A stretch of 64,000 nt of DNA from the human T2T-CHM13v2.0 reference genome, Homo sapiens: assembly GCF_009914755.1 (NCBI RefSeq), contig NC_060926.1. One strand, written 5' to 3'. The notes under the pieces are model-generated. The model worked only from the letters and a program-made list of their open reading frames with translations. It did not search any database and was not told the DNA's origin. Below are positions 31,131 to 45,205 of this stretch, piece by piece (within the stretch, counting starts at the first letter, position 1; every line of letters begins with the position of its first letter). The translations under genes and the position numbers were made by a program.

Positions 31131-32525
31131 ATGGCTTCTAAGTGTTCAAGTGAGAGAAAGAGTCACAATTTTCTTACTTTAGATCAAAAGCTAGACATGA
31201 TAAAGCCTAGTGAGGAAGGTGTGCTGAAAGCCAAGCCTCTTGTGCCAAACAGCCAAATTGTGACTACAAAGGAAAAGTTCTTTAAGGAAATTAAAAGTGC
31301 TACTCCAATGAATACATGAATGACAAGAAAGCAAAACAGCCTTATTGCTGATATGAAGAAAGTTTTAGTGGTCTGGACAGCAGATCAAACCAGCCACAAT
31401 ATTCCCTTCAGCCAAAGCTTAATCTAGAGCAAAGTCCTAATTCTCTTCAATTCTCGGAAGGCTGAGAGAGGGGAGGAAGCCACAGATGAAAAATTTAAAG
31501 CTAGCAGAGGTTTGTTGATAAGGCTTAAGGAATAACACTATCTCCATAACATAAAAGTACAAGGTGGAAGGCCGAAGAGGGAGGATCGCTTGAACCCAAG
31601 AGTTTGAGGCTACAGTGAGCTATGATGACACCACTGCACTCCAGCCTGGGCAACAGAGCAAGACCCTGTGTCAAAAATAAATAAATGAACATGTTATTAA
31701 GTAAAGTACAAAATGAAATCTTAAGTGCTGATGGAGAAACTGCAGCAAGTTATCCACAAGTGCTAGCTAAGATCATTGATGAAGGTAGCTACATTATACA
31801 ACAGATTTTCCACGTAGTTGAACCAGCCTTAAATTGGAAGAAGATGTCATCTAGGACTTTCATAGCTAGAAAGAAGTCCATGTCTGGCTTCAAAGCATGA
31901 AAGGACAGGCTGACTCTTGTTAGGGGCTAATGCAGCTGGTGACTTTAAGTTGAAGCCAATGCTCATTTGCCAATCTGATAATCCTAGGGCCCTTAAGAAT
32001 CATGCTAAATCTATTTTGCTTTTTCTCTATAAATGGAACAACAAAGCCTGGATAACAGCACATTTGTTTATAGCCTGGTATACTGAATATTTTAACCCCA
32101 CTGTTGAGACTTACTGCTCAAAAAAAAAAAAAAAAGGAAGGATTCCTTCTTACTGCTCATTGACATTGTAGCTGGTCACCCAAGAGCTCTAGTGTAGATG
32201 TACAAAGAGATGAATGTTGTTTTTATGCCTGCTAACACAACATCCATTCTGCAGCTCATGGATCAAGAAGTAATTCCAACTTTCAAGTCTTATTATTTAA
32301 GAGACACATTTTGTAAGGCTATAGCTACCATAGATAGTGATTCATCTGATGGATGTGACCAGAGTAAATTGAAAGGAGCAGAATAAATTGAAATCCTTCT
32401 GGAAAGGATTCACTATTCTAGGTGCCATTAGGAACATTCGTGATTCATGGGAGGAGGTCCGATTATTGACATTAATAGGAGTTTGAAAGAAGTTTACCCC
32501 AACCCTCATGGACGACTTTGAGGGG
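31131..32525 (+). pseudogene. Disrupted Tigger1 transposase (CENP-B-like HTH + DDE) remnants
   Basis: ORF fragments 31014-31319, 31685-31900, 31917-32171 and 32198-32386 are separated by stops, frameshifts and an Alu monomer. Confidence 0.9.
31569..31686 (+). mobile_element. Alu monomer or truncated AluJ in Tigger1
   Basis: ggaggatcgcttgaaccc...gagctatgat...; TSD aaagtacaaggtggaa / aaagtacaaaatgaaa. Confidence 0.88.
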
Positions 32526-32545
32526 TTTAAGATTTCAGCGGAGGG

Positions 32546-32843
32546 GGCTGGGCATGGTGGCTCAGGCCTGTAATCCCAGCACCTTGGGAGGCCGAGGCGG
32601 ACAGATCACCTGAGGTCAGGAATTCGAGACCAGCCTGACCAACATGGTGAAACCCTGTCTCTACTAAAAATACAAAAATTGGCCGGGCATGGTGGTGGGT
32701 GCCTGTAGTCCCAGCTACTCAGGAGGCTGAGGCAGGGGAATCACTTGAACCTGGGAGGTGGAGGTTGCAATCAGCTGAGACTGTGCCATTGCGCTGCCGT
32801 GTGGGCAACAAGAGGGAAACTCTGTATCAAAAAAAAAAAAAAA
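32546..32843 (+). mobile_element. Alu (AluSq/Sx-like) in Tigger1
   Basis: TSD aagatttcagcggagg. Confidence 0.96.
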
Positions 32844-33034
32844 AGATTTCAGCGGAGGAGGTAACTGCAGATGCAGGGGAAACAGACATAACGCTATTGC
32901 ACACTTAACAGACTACAGTATACTATAAACATAAGTTAAAAAATTTTCCGTGACCCAGGTTTAATTAGAAGAGGATGAGCAAGTCTAGGAAAACTTCTAT
33001 GGCTGCTAAGTCATTCTGGGGAGGTAAATGCTCA

Positions 33035-33200
33035 GGGTTTGAAGTCAGACAGACCTGGGTTTACATCCCTCTTTGCTGCTCACTCGTTGTGGGCAGGCTA
33101 GTTAACCTCACGAAAAGTCATCTAGGGGTAATAATAGCATCTCCTTAGATCATTACCATGAGGATTAAATGAGTGTTTTGCACAGGTGTTAGCTTATTAT
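33035..33200 (+). mobile_element. MIR fragment
   Basis: ttgaagtcagacagacctgggttt...atgaggattaaatgag. Confidence 0.75.
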
Positions 33201-34132
33201 ATATTAGTAACATACTAACTATATATATATATTAATAAATTCTACTTGGTATTATATATAATAATTATGATTACTTCTATATGCCTTTCTACATGTTCCT
33301 CTTTTCTCCCAGAGAGATTTCAGGTACTTTGATGAATTCCTAAAGGCAATGCACATTGAACACCGGCACTATATTTTTTTCAGTTATTGATATTGGTTTG
33401 TTTGATTCAGGAGCTTTAGAGGTTGCAAAGTCTACTCTCTGATGCTTTCAAAAATTTTTCTTTCTTTTTATTTGTTACAGGCATGTAGCTAGCACAACTC
33501 TTATAATGAACTGACTGTGACTGGGTGCTTACCCTGGCCCACACATAGTTCAAAGGGAAGAACAAGAAGGGTAGAGAAATCTCCCATGATTTTTAGACAA
33601 GTGTTGTAAGAAAAAAAGAGAAGGTATCAAAAAAGTGTATGTGTCTGAAAAAGAGATTGCACAAGATAGAATTTACTGAGCTGGAGGAATATGAGAGAAT
33701 GTTGCATACAAAGTCTCCTAAAAGGAAAGGAAGGCAGAGATGGGATGAGATGTGGTATGTGTTAGTGCTTCAAATTAACAGCAGGTTTTGCGTCCCAACT
33801 TGACGCAGCTTGTGTGGAATTTGGTGTAGGGCAAATGGACCCACAGCTTCAGGAGGGAGCTGCTAGCAGGGGAAGTTGTACTATCTGACAGTGCCTATAT
33901 GAGATTGGTACCTTTTGGGAATTTCTACCTAAGGCGGTGGCTCAGATAGGCACAAAGGCCCATTGGGACCTCCCTGAGAAACAGAATAAGAGGTGCTCAG
34001 GCAAGACCACACTTCCGCCCTCTTCCTGTATCCTTGAAACCTTTCAGAGATTTGCTGTCAAATATTGACCAGAAAGTTAAAGAAGCAAGACTTGGGAAAA
34101 AGTGACTGGTTTTTCTAATGGATGGTGAGGCT

Positions 34133-34135
34133 TTT

Positions 34136-34201
<66 letters not shown>
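34133..34201 (+). repeat. (TTTC)n microsatellite
   Basis: About 17 units seen directly. Confidence 0.97.
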
Positions 34202-34202
<1 letters not shown>

Positions 34203-34493
34203 CTCTTAGTGTACATGATTTGTTTTTTTCTCTTTGTGTAGATGATTGAAGTACTTAAGTGTCTTTGTAAGTCCAGTATCTCTTTTCTTATTTTAAAAAG
34301 ATCTCATTAAAAAATGAACTAATAAATATTTATTATAGAAACAGTAGATAAATGCTGATGAGCATAAAGGAGGAGGAAATATATGTGACCCCCAACTCCC
34401 AGAAATAATCACTATTAAAAATTTGATATATAATGTTTCAGATTTTTAATATATTCACATATTTTCTTAGAAAAATGGGATTGTACTGAATAA

Positions 34494-34856
<363 letters not shown>

Positions 34857-35575
34857 ACTTCAACATTATTTTATAATTGCATAGTGCCATATCTTATGAA
34901 TATGTTCTAATTTATTCAACTACTTTTGGCACCTAGATGTTTTTCTAATATTTTCTTAGTATAAGTAATGCTGCGTGAAATATCCTTATACATATGCAAT
35001 CCATATTCTTTTCTTAGGATATATTTCTAGAACAGGAACTGCTGAGTTAAAGGGTATTCACATTTTAAAAAGCTTTTGACATACATTACAAAATTATCTT
35101 CCTCCTATGTTGTACGATTTATATTCTTTCTGGTAGAGTATGAAGGTGCCATTTTCCAAACCTCCTGCCAACACTGAGAATTTTCGTTTTTTCATCTTTG
35201 TCAAGTTTATAGATAATAAATTGTATCTTATCGTTGTTTAATGTATACTCCTTTTTTAGGGAAGCTGACTTTTTCATGTGTAGATTGGTCATTTATGTTT
35301 CTTCCCTTGTGAACTATTTATTAATATCCAGTTGTTAATTGTAAATGCTATTTATATGTTAAGACCATTAACCCTTTACCATACGTATTTCACTTTTGAA
35401 TCTCATTTTATTATTTGTAGGTTAATTTTGATTACCGTTGGATTATATTTTACATATATGTTTTATATTTTATGGTTTAAATCGTGAACTTTTATCTTTA
35501 TAGCTCCTTCTGTTGTGACTGTGATTGAAACGTTTTCAGGACAAAAGTATTTAATCATGATTAAAACAATTTTAA

Positions 35576-35914
<339 letters not shown>

Positions 35915-36364
35915 TGTACAGCGTTTTTATGTTTAACTCTTTAGTCTAACATGCTTTTACTTTGTGTATGGCATGAAGTAATGATTGCATCTTAATTTTT
36001 CCGAATAGTTAATGATTTAACCTGTTTTTGAATAGTTTATTCTTTTCCCACTGGGTTTAAAAACCATATTGAACAAATACAATAAACATTTTACTGTAGT
36101 TCTTCTATGTGTATTTCTGGGCTTTTGGCTCTGTTCCATTGCTCTAGTTCTTTTGGCACTAGTACCAAACTTTAAATTCACGTTATTTTTAGCCTATTTA
36201 GTACCTAATATCTCCCTTGTGGTTCTTTTCTAAAATTTTCTTTACCATTCTCAGTTTTTTATTCTTTAAAATAAACTTGAGGATTTTTGACCTGTTTGAA
36301 AAATTTATTTGGGATTTTAAGCAAAATTTGATTATATTTATAAATTAATTTGAGGGAGAATTAA

Positions 36365-36834
<470 letters not shown>

Positions 36835-37358
36835 AAGAATTATTTTCTATTATGTTTTCTAAGTTTTTGTGGGTTATATGGAAAATTTCATATATTTCTG
36901 TATAATTGTTCCGTGGCCAGAACAATTAATTTTGTATACTTATTTTGTATATTTATTTGTAACTGTTCACCTCACTTTTTAATTATTTAGAAGCAAATTT
37001 TAGTTTGTTCTATTGAGAAAATGAATATTACTCAATCTGCAGGTTGAATACTTTTGTCTCCATTTTTCTCATAAAATTCTTCTTTAGTTTCTTTTTCTTG
37101 CCTGGTTGCAGTGGCTCAAATGTCTAGAACAGTGTTAAATGGATGGTAGTGATAATGAGCATGCTTTTCTTGTTTCTGATTTTAACATTAATACTTCCAG
37201 TATTTTACCATTAAGTATGATGCCTATGTTTGATTTGAGATTTGAATTAACATGAGTATCATGTTAAGAATCAGTCTTTTAATTTTGTTTTATTAATTAA
37301 AAAATTGATATTGAATTTTATCAAATGATTTTTCAAGATTATTGTGGCAATCCAAAAG

Positions 37359-37636
37359 TTTTTCTCTGTTGCCCAGTCTGGAGTGCAGTGGTGTGATCAT
37401 ACCTTACTGCAGCTTTGATCCCCTAGGCTCAAGTGATCCTCCTGCCTCATCCTCCCAGGTTGGTAGGACTATAGGCATCTGCCATCACACTGGGCTATTT
37501 TTTTTTTTTTTTTTTTTGTAGAGATGGAGTCTCGCTATGTTGCCCCTGCTGATCTCAAACTCCTGGCTTCAAGTGATCCTGCCACCTTGGCCTCCCAAAG
37601 CACTGGGGTTACAGGGGTGAGCCACTATTCCCAGCC
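37359..37636 (-). mobile_element. Alu (AluJ), tail missing
   Basis: Diverged antisense dimer with long T linker. Confidence 0.92.
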
Positions 37637-38274
37637 TTATTTTTTACATCTTTAGGGCAACCTATGTTTACGTATGAAGTTAGTCTGTGATTTTCTTTAT
37701 TATGCTTTATCAGTTTTTTTTTTTAAGACAGGGTATTATGTTAGCTTTCTGTTACTTTTGTCCACTTGAACACTTCATATACCATGGGAGTTAATTCTGC
37801 TTGAAGCTCAGTTAGAACTTGATTGTGTAAGTAATCTGAACTAAGAGCTTTTTTTGGAAATAATTCCTTATTAACTTTTACATTTTTCCATGGTTACTGA
37901 TCTGTTGTTTTTTGACTTCTTCCTGGGTCAGTTTGCTTCTAATTATTATTTTGGCTATGTCTCCCAATATTTGATATGTGGTATTCTCATCACTGAAACC
38001 TTCTAAGCATTCATTCTGTAATTGTGTTTTTAATTTATTCTCCAATCAATGATTTTTTTTTAAGAACTCTAAAGTTTCCCCAAGAGCTTGGGGTCTTTTT
38101 GACTTACACTTTTGTAATTAATGTATAGTTTTATTACAGTGTGATCACAGAATATGGCCAATTTCTTTTGGAAAGAAATTACTTACAATTTTTTTTTGGT
38201 AGCCTAATATAAAATCAAGTTTTGCAAACTTTTCTTATATTTTTTTCTTAATGGGCTAGACAGAAGATCCTTCT

Positions 38275-39230
38275 CTTTAATTATTCATTTATTCATCGAG
38301 GATTGTTTCCACCATGTGTCTCATACATGCCAGGCATTGTATTAGGCATTGCAGGATATAAAATAAGTCATAAGCTTTGTCTTAGATTGGTAAAGTTTGG
38401 ATGGAACACAGACACATGTAGACCTAATTATAATACAGAAAGAAATGCAACCGCAGCGAAATGTACAAAAGCAGCAGGCAGCTAGAGTGGGAGTGAAGCC
38501 CTGAAGGTTCTGGGAATACAAAGTTGCCTACGATGGCCCGGAGGGGCTTTCAGTCCTAGCGTGTAAAACATACATTGAGATCAGAGACAGGCTTTTTGGA
38601 GGCAAGGTGATTAATTAGGAAATCACCGCAGACCTTCAGTAATAAATCAGAACATATGAGGGGCGGTAAGAGTGCAAGATGAGAAGAGAGGATTTTCACA
38701 CCTAAGGGGCAGATAGCGGAAGAGAAGCCCAGACCTGAGGATGAAGGAGGTAGTAGTAAAATTTTATAGACGCCATGGGAGAGCTTTTCAAGGGGTGGTT
38801 GGTCAGTTGGGACAAATAGAGCCAAAAGGTCAAGTAAGATGGCTCACGCCTGTAATCCCAGCACTTTGGGAGGCTGAGGCGGGCAGATCACGAGGTCAGG
38901 TGTTCGGGACCATCCTGGCCAACATGGTGAAACCCCGTCTCTACTAAAAACATGAAAATTGCCGGGCGCGGTGGGTCACGCCTATAATCCCAGCACTTTG
39001 GTGACAGAGCAAGACTCCGTCTCAAAAAAAAAAAAAAAAAAGCAAAAAGTGTCGGTTGCCTTTGGTCTTTGGGGACTTGGAAAGAGCAGTTTCAGTGAAG
39101 TGAGGGAAAAAAAGCCAAGCCACAAGTAGGTTGAGAGTAAATGGGATGTGAGATGGTGAAGACAAGTATTTTTTCAGGAGTTTAGTTGTGGAGGGAATGC
39201 AGGAGTTAGGGCAGTAATTAAAAGAGCAAG
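38275..39230 (-). mobile_element. L2 fragments (3' end at ~38280)
   Basis: ttcatttattcat...atgccaggcattgtattaggcattgcaggatata and gggacttggaaagagcagtttcagtg. Confidence 0.6.
38828..39041 (+). mobile_element. Rearranged Alu (left arm + second Alu 5' end + 3' tip)
   Basis: After the linker, gccgggcgcggtgggtcacgcctataatcccagcactttg is joined to gtgacagagcaagactccgtctc. Confidence 0.9.
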
Positions 39231-39233
39231 TCT

Positions 39234-39550
<317 letters not shown>

Positions 39551-39971
39551 GCAAAAAATCAGAAAGACTGTTGTTAGGATATAAAGACAATGTGAGAACG
39601 TGAGCATGTTTAGCTAATGAGCGCACGCTGAGAGCAAGAGAAGGCGTGGTTGTTGTCGAGAGTCCTAAGCAGGTGGGAGACACAGGGTGAGACACAAAGC
39701 CGAGGTAGGAGGTGGCCTCTTGACAGGAAGAGGGCACCTCTTCTTGAGTCGAAGACAATGCTTGGAACTGGTAGGGAGTGTGGGCAGAAAGATGGGATCT
39801 CCCCCATTTCTTTGCAAGGCTGTGTTATTGTAGAACCTTTAGTCACACTCCTGGACTCTGACTGAAAGGGTCCTGGGTCTTGGCCTCTGTGTTAACAGTT
39901 TGCTTCATAGGGAGGATTGAGGATCCATCCCTTCCTCTCCTGGCTATAGAACTAGAAAAGAACCTCTACAC

Positions 39972-40315
39972 CAGTGGTCCCTAATGTATTTGGCACCAGG
40001 GACCAGTTTCATGGAAGACAATTTTTCCATGGACCGGGAATGAGGGGATGGAGATGATTTCAGGATGAAACTGTTCCACCTCAGATCATCAGGCATTAGA
40101 CTCTCATAAGGAGCATGCAGTGTAGATCCCTCGCGTGCACAGTTCACAATAGTGTTCATGCTCCTATGGGAATCTAATGCCACAGCTGATCTGACAGGAG
40201 GCAGAGCTCAGATGGTCATGCTCCCTTGACTGCTGCTCACCTCCTGCTGTGCAGCCTGGCCTCTAACAGACCATGGACAGGTACCTGTCCATGGCATGGG
40301 GGCTGGGGACTCCTG
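39972..40315 (+). mobile_element. MER1B hAT MITE
   Basis: Consensus body (gatgaaactgttccacctcagatcatcaggca); 8-bp TSD ctctacac / ctttacac. Confidence 0.93.
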
Positions 40316-40326
40316 CTTTACACTTA

Positions 40327-41018
40327 TGATGTAGTTTGGATGTTGTGCCCACCCAAATCTCATGTTGAGATGTAATTTCCAGTGTTGGAGGTGGAGCCTG
40401 GTGGGAAGTGATTGGATCTTAGGGGCAGATTTCTCATTAATGGTTTGGTACCATCCTGTTAGTGCTGTTCTCATGATAGTGAGTGAGTTCTTTTATTTAT
40501 TTGTTTATTTTAAGACAGAGTCTCACTCTGTTGCCCAGGCTGGAGTGCAGTGCAGTGGTGCGGTCTTGATCTTGGCTCACTGCAACCTCTGCCTCCCAGG
40601 TTCAAGCACACCACCACGCCCGGCTAATTTTTGTATTTTTAGTAGAGACAGGGTTTTGCCATGTTGGCCAGGCTGGTCTCAAACTCCTGACCTCAGGTGA
40701 TTCACCCTCCTCAGCCTCCCAAAGTGCTGGGATTATAGGCATGAGCCACAACACCCAGCTGATAGTGAGTTCTGGCAAGCGCTGGTCATTTAGAAGTGCC
40801 CCCTGTCTGTCTTGCTGCTGCTCTGGCCATGTGACTCATCTGCTCCCACTTTGCCTTCCACCATGATTGTAAGTTTCACGAGGCCTCCCCAGAAGCCGAA
40901 CAGATGCCAGTATCATGCTTCCTCCATAGCCTGCAGAACCATGAACCAATTAAACCTCTTTTCTTTATAAATTACCCAGTCTCAAGTATTTATAGCAATG
41001 CAAGAATGGACTAATACA
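40327..41018 (+). mobile_element. MSTA-type MaLR solo LTR interrupted by an Alu
   Basis: TG...CA ends, ccaattaaacctcttttctttataaattacccagtctc, 5-bp TSD actta. Confidence 0.9.
40491..40760 (-). mobile_element. Alu (AluSx-like) with internal deletion
   Basis: TSD agtgagttct; ggttcaagc is joined to acaccaccacgcc. Confidence 0.94.
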
Positions 41019-41899
41019 ACTTAACTTTCCTGAGGCTGTTGTCGCTGTTGGGCATTGAAGAGTTTCTAGAAGTCCCTGTTTCTTTATGTGGCATGCAATG
41101 GATCATCAGAACAATTAACCCAGTCAATGGTAAACAAAGTGATGGATGGATGCCATCAGATCACAAAAGTTTCTATTACTGTAAATACAAGGGGGTAAGT
41201 AAATCAAAATAATGTTTCAAATCCTCAGTAGGCCTCTTTTTCTGTTTCTAATTGAAGATTGTCACATCAACACATAAACAAAAATGCCTGTGAGGGAAAT
41301 GTGTATTTTATGCATTGCATTTTTATATCTGAAGTTTATTTCTATTACTAACTTGAAATGCTGAGGAAGGGATTTGTTTTGGTGCTTACAAAATTTTCCC
41401 ATTTGCTCTTCGGACTCTCACAAGTTGACAACAAATTACTGCCCTGATAGTATGGTGAGACTGAGGGTTTTTTGTCTTTTTCTCTTATTCTAGAAAACAC
41501 TGTATCCTCTATATGGAGGGAAATTTCTGGTTTGATTAACACTGTAAATAATTATGAGACAAAGCCTAAATATAAAAGATTACTCACACAGGCTCTTACA
41601 CTGAGTAAGATATTATGTGTTAAAAATCAGGGTTAATAGTTTAACAGGCACATTATGGTTCAGAAATCCCCTGGGGGACTTCAACCATCTTTTCTGGATG
41701 TTCACTTTGCCAAATAGGCTGCCTCTATGTCATATCTCTACCTGAAGGGCAGGCTCAGACACTGATTCGGGGAAGTGTCACCCTTACTATACCAAGAAGT
41801 CAGACATCCAAGGTCAGACACTACGTAAAGTCAGATACTTCAAGGGCTTTCCTTGGAAGGGAGGATGAAAAGGGAAGGGTGGGAACATCAGCTCAGGTG

Positions 41900-42865
41900 A
41901 GACATATGAATTCAACAAAACATCAGGGATGGTTTGCCACGTTTGCGAGCAGCACAGAAAACGGCAGTTTGCTCCAAGTTCCCAGCACACCAAAGGGGGC
42001 AGTAGTGCGTCTGTAAAGCGCGTTGTCACCTTGGTGATAATTTCTGTTTGCATTCACACTCGCCGGCTGATAATCTCAGCTGCTCGATGCAATTCAACAG
42101 ATAACAATGCGGAAGTTTGGTCTAAAGCTACCTGAAATCACTTCCAAGAGCTCTTCAGATAAAGCTGCCTTTGATAGTCTTCATTAACCCCTCCCATATT
42201 TGCCCCTCAGCGTCCCTTGGCTTAGCAGCCCCGGCCTTTGAAGTCCAACCTAAGCATTCTTAGATGGTGAGTGAGGGTCTGCCTTCCCCAGCACCAGCCA
42301 CCTAGTCAGGCTTGTGGCTCGTCTAACAAACTGGAGCCTGAGATTCTGAGAAAACGAAACCAAACAGTTGTACTCCGGGGTTAACACAGAGCAACTTCCA
42401 CCTGCTGTGCGAGTTGGTGATCCTCTCTCTTGCCGTTCGAGAGCCCCAGTGAAACTTGAGTGAGATGAGAGAGCATGGAGCCTGCCAGTCTCCCCCTCTG
42501 TGCACACACACACGCAAACACATTTAACTTTCCACTTGCAGTGACCTGCCCTTCAGTGTGACTTATCAGCTGTTTGGCTTTTGTCACTAAAGGAAAACAA
42601 ATTGTGGAATATCCCGCTCTGCATGCTCATGAGATGGCTGAGCCAACTCAGGGGTTATGAGGTGGTTTGCGAGTGAGGAGAAGAATGATCTTCAGTTTCT
42701 GACCTCCTGGCACGGTGGCGGGTGGTATTTATCAGGAGGTACATGTGACTGGTTAAGACTCAGAGCCCCAGCTTGAAGGAAACAGCTGCTCTCGGCGTGC
42801 TCCGGCACTTGGCAGCTGGACAGGCAGAGTGCTGATGTGAAAAATACCACGACAAAACCACCCTA
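41900..42865 (+). promoter_or_regulatory. Putative non-CpG-island promoter and non-coding first exon (TSS unknown; donor at 42866)
   Basis: Repeat-free and locally CpG-richer; clustered GATA and CAGCTG motifs; CTA|GTAAGT donor followed by (CT)n(GT)n; a second donor ATG|GTGAGT at 42267. Confidence 0.5.
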
Positions 42866-42886
42866 GTAAGTAACTGGAGAACTTTC

Positions 42887-42913
42887 CTCTCTCTCTCTCT
42901 CTTTCATTCCCTC

Positions 42914-42970
<57 letters not shown>
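42887..42970 (+). repeat. (CT)n plus (GT)~26 microsatellite
   Basis: Seen directly. Confidence 0.98.
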
Positions 42971-42971
<1 letters not shown>

Positions 42972-43535
42972 GCAAGCCACCAACAACTTTTGATTTTGAT
43001 TTTGGTTTCCCTCTGGCACGATAGAAGGAGATATTTTATTTGTACCTGTTAACAGCCATTGGTGTTTTCACAGCCCTTTTTTAGAACCTGTTATTTTCGG
43101 CAACGTGTCTTGTAACTTTGAGGATGAATGGGGCATATGGCTTCATTCCTGTCTAGGAAACAGAAAGTTTGTTTCCCAGTGTTCAAGATTTTTCTAGTCC
43201 ATGGTGTTTAGGTTCAAAGTCAAGTTCAGGTTATGAAGTAGAGACTTCATTGAAGTGAGTTGATGACTAGATTTGATTTTAATCTGTTTCTACCACTGAA
43301 ACCTGAAAACGTAGTTGTTTAAAGTAACTTGTGAATTTATTGTATGGCTGATTTGATTTTTCCTATTCAATTTTTGAGAATATCTCATTTAACTGTGTAG
43401 AACTGTCTGCAATATAGAAGACTGACAAAATAATATTTAGATTCACATTAGAAATCATATTTAGATTTCTTGCATGGTTTCCAACTAATTGAAAGCTGTA
43501 TTTTATAGCGACTTTTTTTCCCCCCAACAAGCTAA

Positions 43536-43625
43536 TTCACCTTCATTACTTTAAAATGTTCAGTTGCCCCTGGTCTTCCTTCACCTTCATTAGTTTAAAA
43601 TGTTCGGTTGCCGCTGGTCTTCCTT
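43536..43625 (+). repeat. 44-bp tandem duplication
   Basis: ttcaccttcattactttaaaatgttcagttgcccctggtcttcc x2 with 3 mismatches. Confidence 0.95.
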
Positions 43626-44984
43626 ATTTTAGTGTTTTCGTGATACTCAGGCTGTTTTTTCCTTGTTTATGACCTGACTGGGAAAGTGCTGCCTGCAGCT
43701 GATGATTAACTCTGGGAGGCCTGGCATCCAAATTACGGAGAGAACCGGCTCCTTCTCAGGTTCATTCAGCAGTAATGGTGCTTGCGCTTGGGCGAGCAGC
43801 AAAGCAGGCACCATGCTGGAACTGAGCTGTTGTTCGGTGACTTTTGTCCTTCCTTGGTAGTCACCAGACAGAATGCTTCAGAGGAAAGGCAAAAGGGGAA
43901 AAGAGAGAGGGCAGAGCTCTAAACTGATGACGTAAAGCTCTGAAAGTGACAGGTCTTTGAATCAGAGGCTGCAGGGAGATAACCAAACAGGTTCCTGTTT
44001 CTGGAGATTGCGTGGATCTTGAGGAGGGTGGGCAGAGAGGGGCTGTTTTTATTTGAAGTCTCACCAAATAGTTGTTTTGCTTGTGATAAGCCTAGGACAA
44101 CCTGGAGTGTGCTTGTTTCCTCGTGTGACAAATGGATTCTCATACAGGCTCAAGCTATACGGTTTTCTTTCGCCCTCTGCCCCCTGCCATGAGGGAACAC
44201 TGTTCTCTCCCCACCCTTACCATCCTTTGTTGTTTGTGGAGAATGGATTAAAAATGACCCAGGGCACGGCACTTCTGCGATCGAGTTTCCCTCAGCACAG
44301 TGGGTCTTGAGTACCGCACCAACGAATGTTCTCTGATGGAAGCAGTTTCGGATGCCCTGTCTAAACAAATGGCTAGTCTGACATTGAGAAGTTCTCCACC
44401 TTCTTTTCCTTCAAATGTAGAAGAATCCACAAAATGTAGAGTGGCCAATGAGGAAAAATAGTCCCAACTTCTCTGTTCCTCGGTATGGCATTTGTGTGAG
44501 GTCCTTGGGTCAGCCCGCGGCCATGTGGTCTGTGACTTCCCTGTCTGACTGCTGGGGGAGGGGGTTCCTCCTGAGTCATTCTTTAGGGAGTTTGTTCCTG
44601 GTATAGTTTCAGATTTTCCACAGGTTGATAGTGGAAGAGAACCCTCTGGTGAAATTGTGTCTCCGGAATCATCGAGCCTCCCATAATAAAATGGAATGTC
44701 TAAATGGGAGCAGTTGAATTATCCAACTGCTGTATTTTTGAGAGCCAACAGGCTCCTTTGAAAAACCCATGCCTTTTCAAAATATTAATAGCAAAATAAT
44801 AAAAAATAATGATTTTACTTGCAGATAGTACATCCATTGACTCAAAGACTTTTTGACCTGGATAGGAATGATAGAATGTGCGATTTAACTCTTTTGTATC
44901 AAAGATGAGGAAACTGTAGCAAATTTATCGGAGTTACGGTGCAGAGCCAGAAGAGAGAGCTCAAGGCTTCCATCATAATTTCAA

Positions 44985-45130
44985 CGCTAATAACAATCCC
45001 TTACTTTTATTGTGCACTTACTCTGCCAAATGATGCGCTAAACAAGTGTATTTATTTTCATAGTCTCCTCACAATAACTCTATGTGTTACATATTATTAT
45101 TCCAGTTCTATAGATAGGAAACTGAGGTTC
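44985..45130 (-). mobile_element. MIR
   Basis: cttttattgtgcacttactctgcc...ctcctcacaataactct...ttctatagataggaaactgaggttc. Confidence 0.8.
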
Positions 45131-45205
45131 TTGACCATACGTAACACAGACAGGAGGGACACCCTTAGTTACTTGACCATATGTAACACAGACAGGAGGG
45201 ACACC
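45130..45205 (+). repeat. 42-bp-period tandem duplication
   Basis: cttgaccata(c/t)gtaacacagacaggagggacacc at 45130 and 45172. Confidence 0.95.

Noticed and set aside
41985-42005. CTCF-like accaaagggggcagta
   Set aside because: The 5' half of the core has four mismatches; too weak without ChIP data
42753-43019. His-Thr repeat ORF
   Set aside because: It is the translation of the (CA)n microsatellite
41900-44600. Assigning a gene symbol to the putative promoter
   Set aside because: No coding exon in the window and I cannot reliably recognise the UTR; a BLAT search is needed
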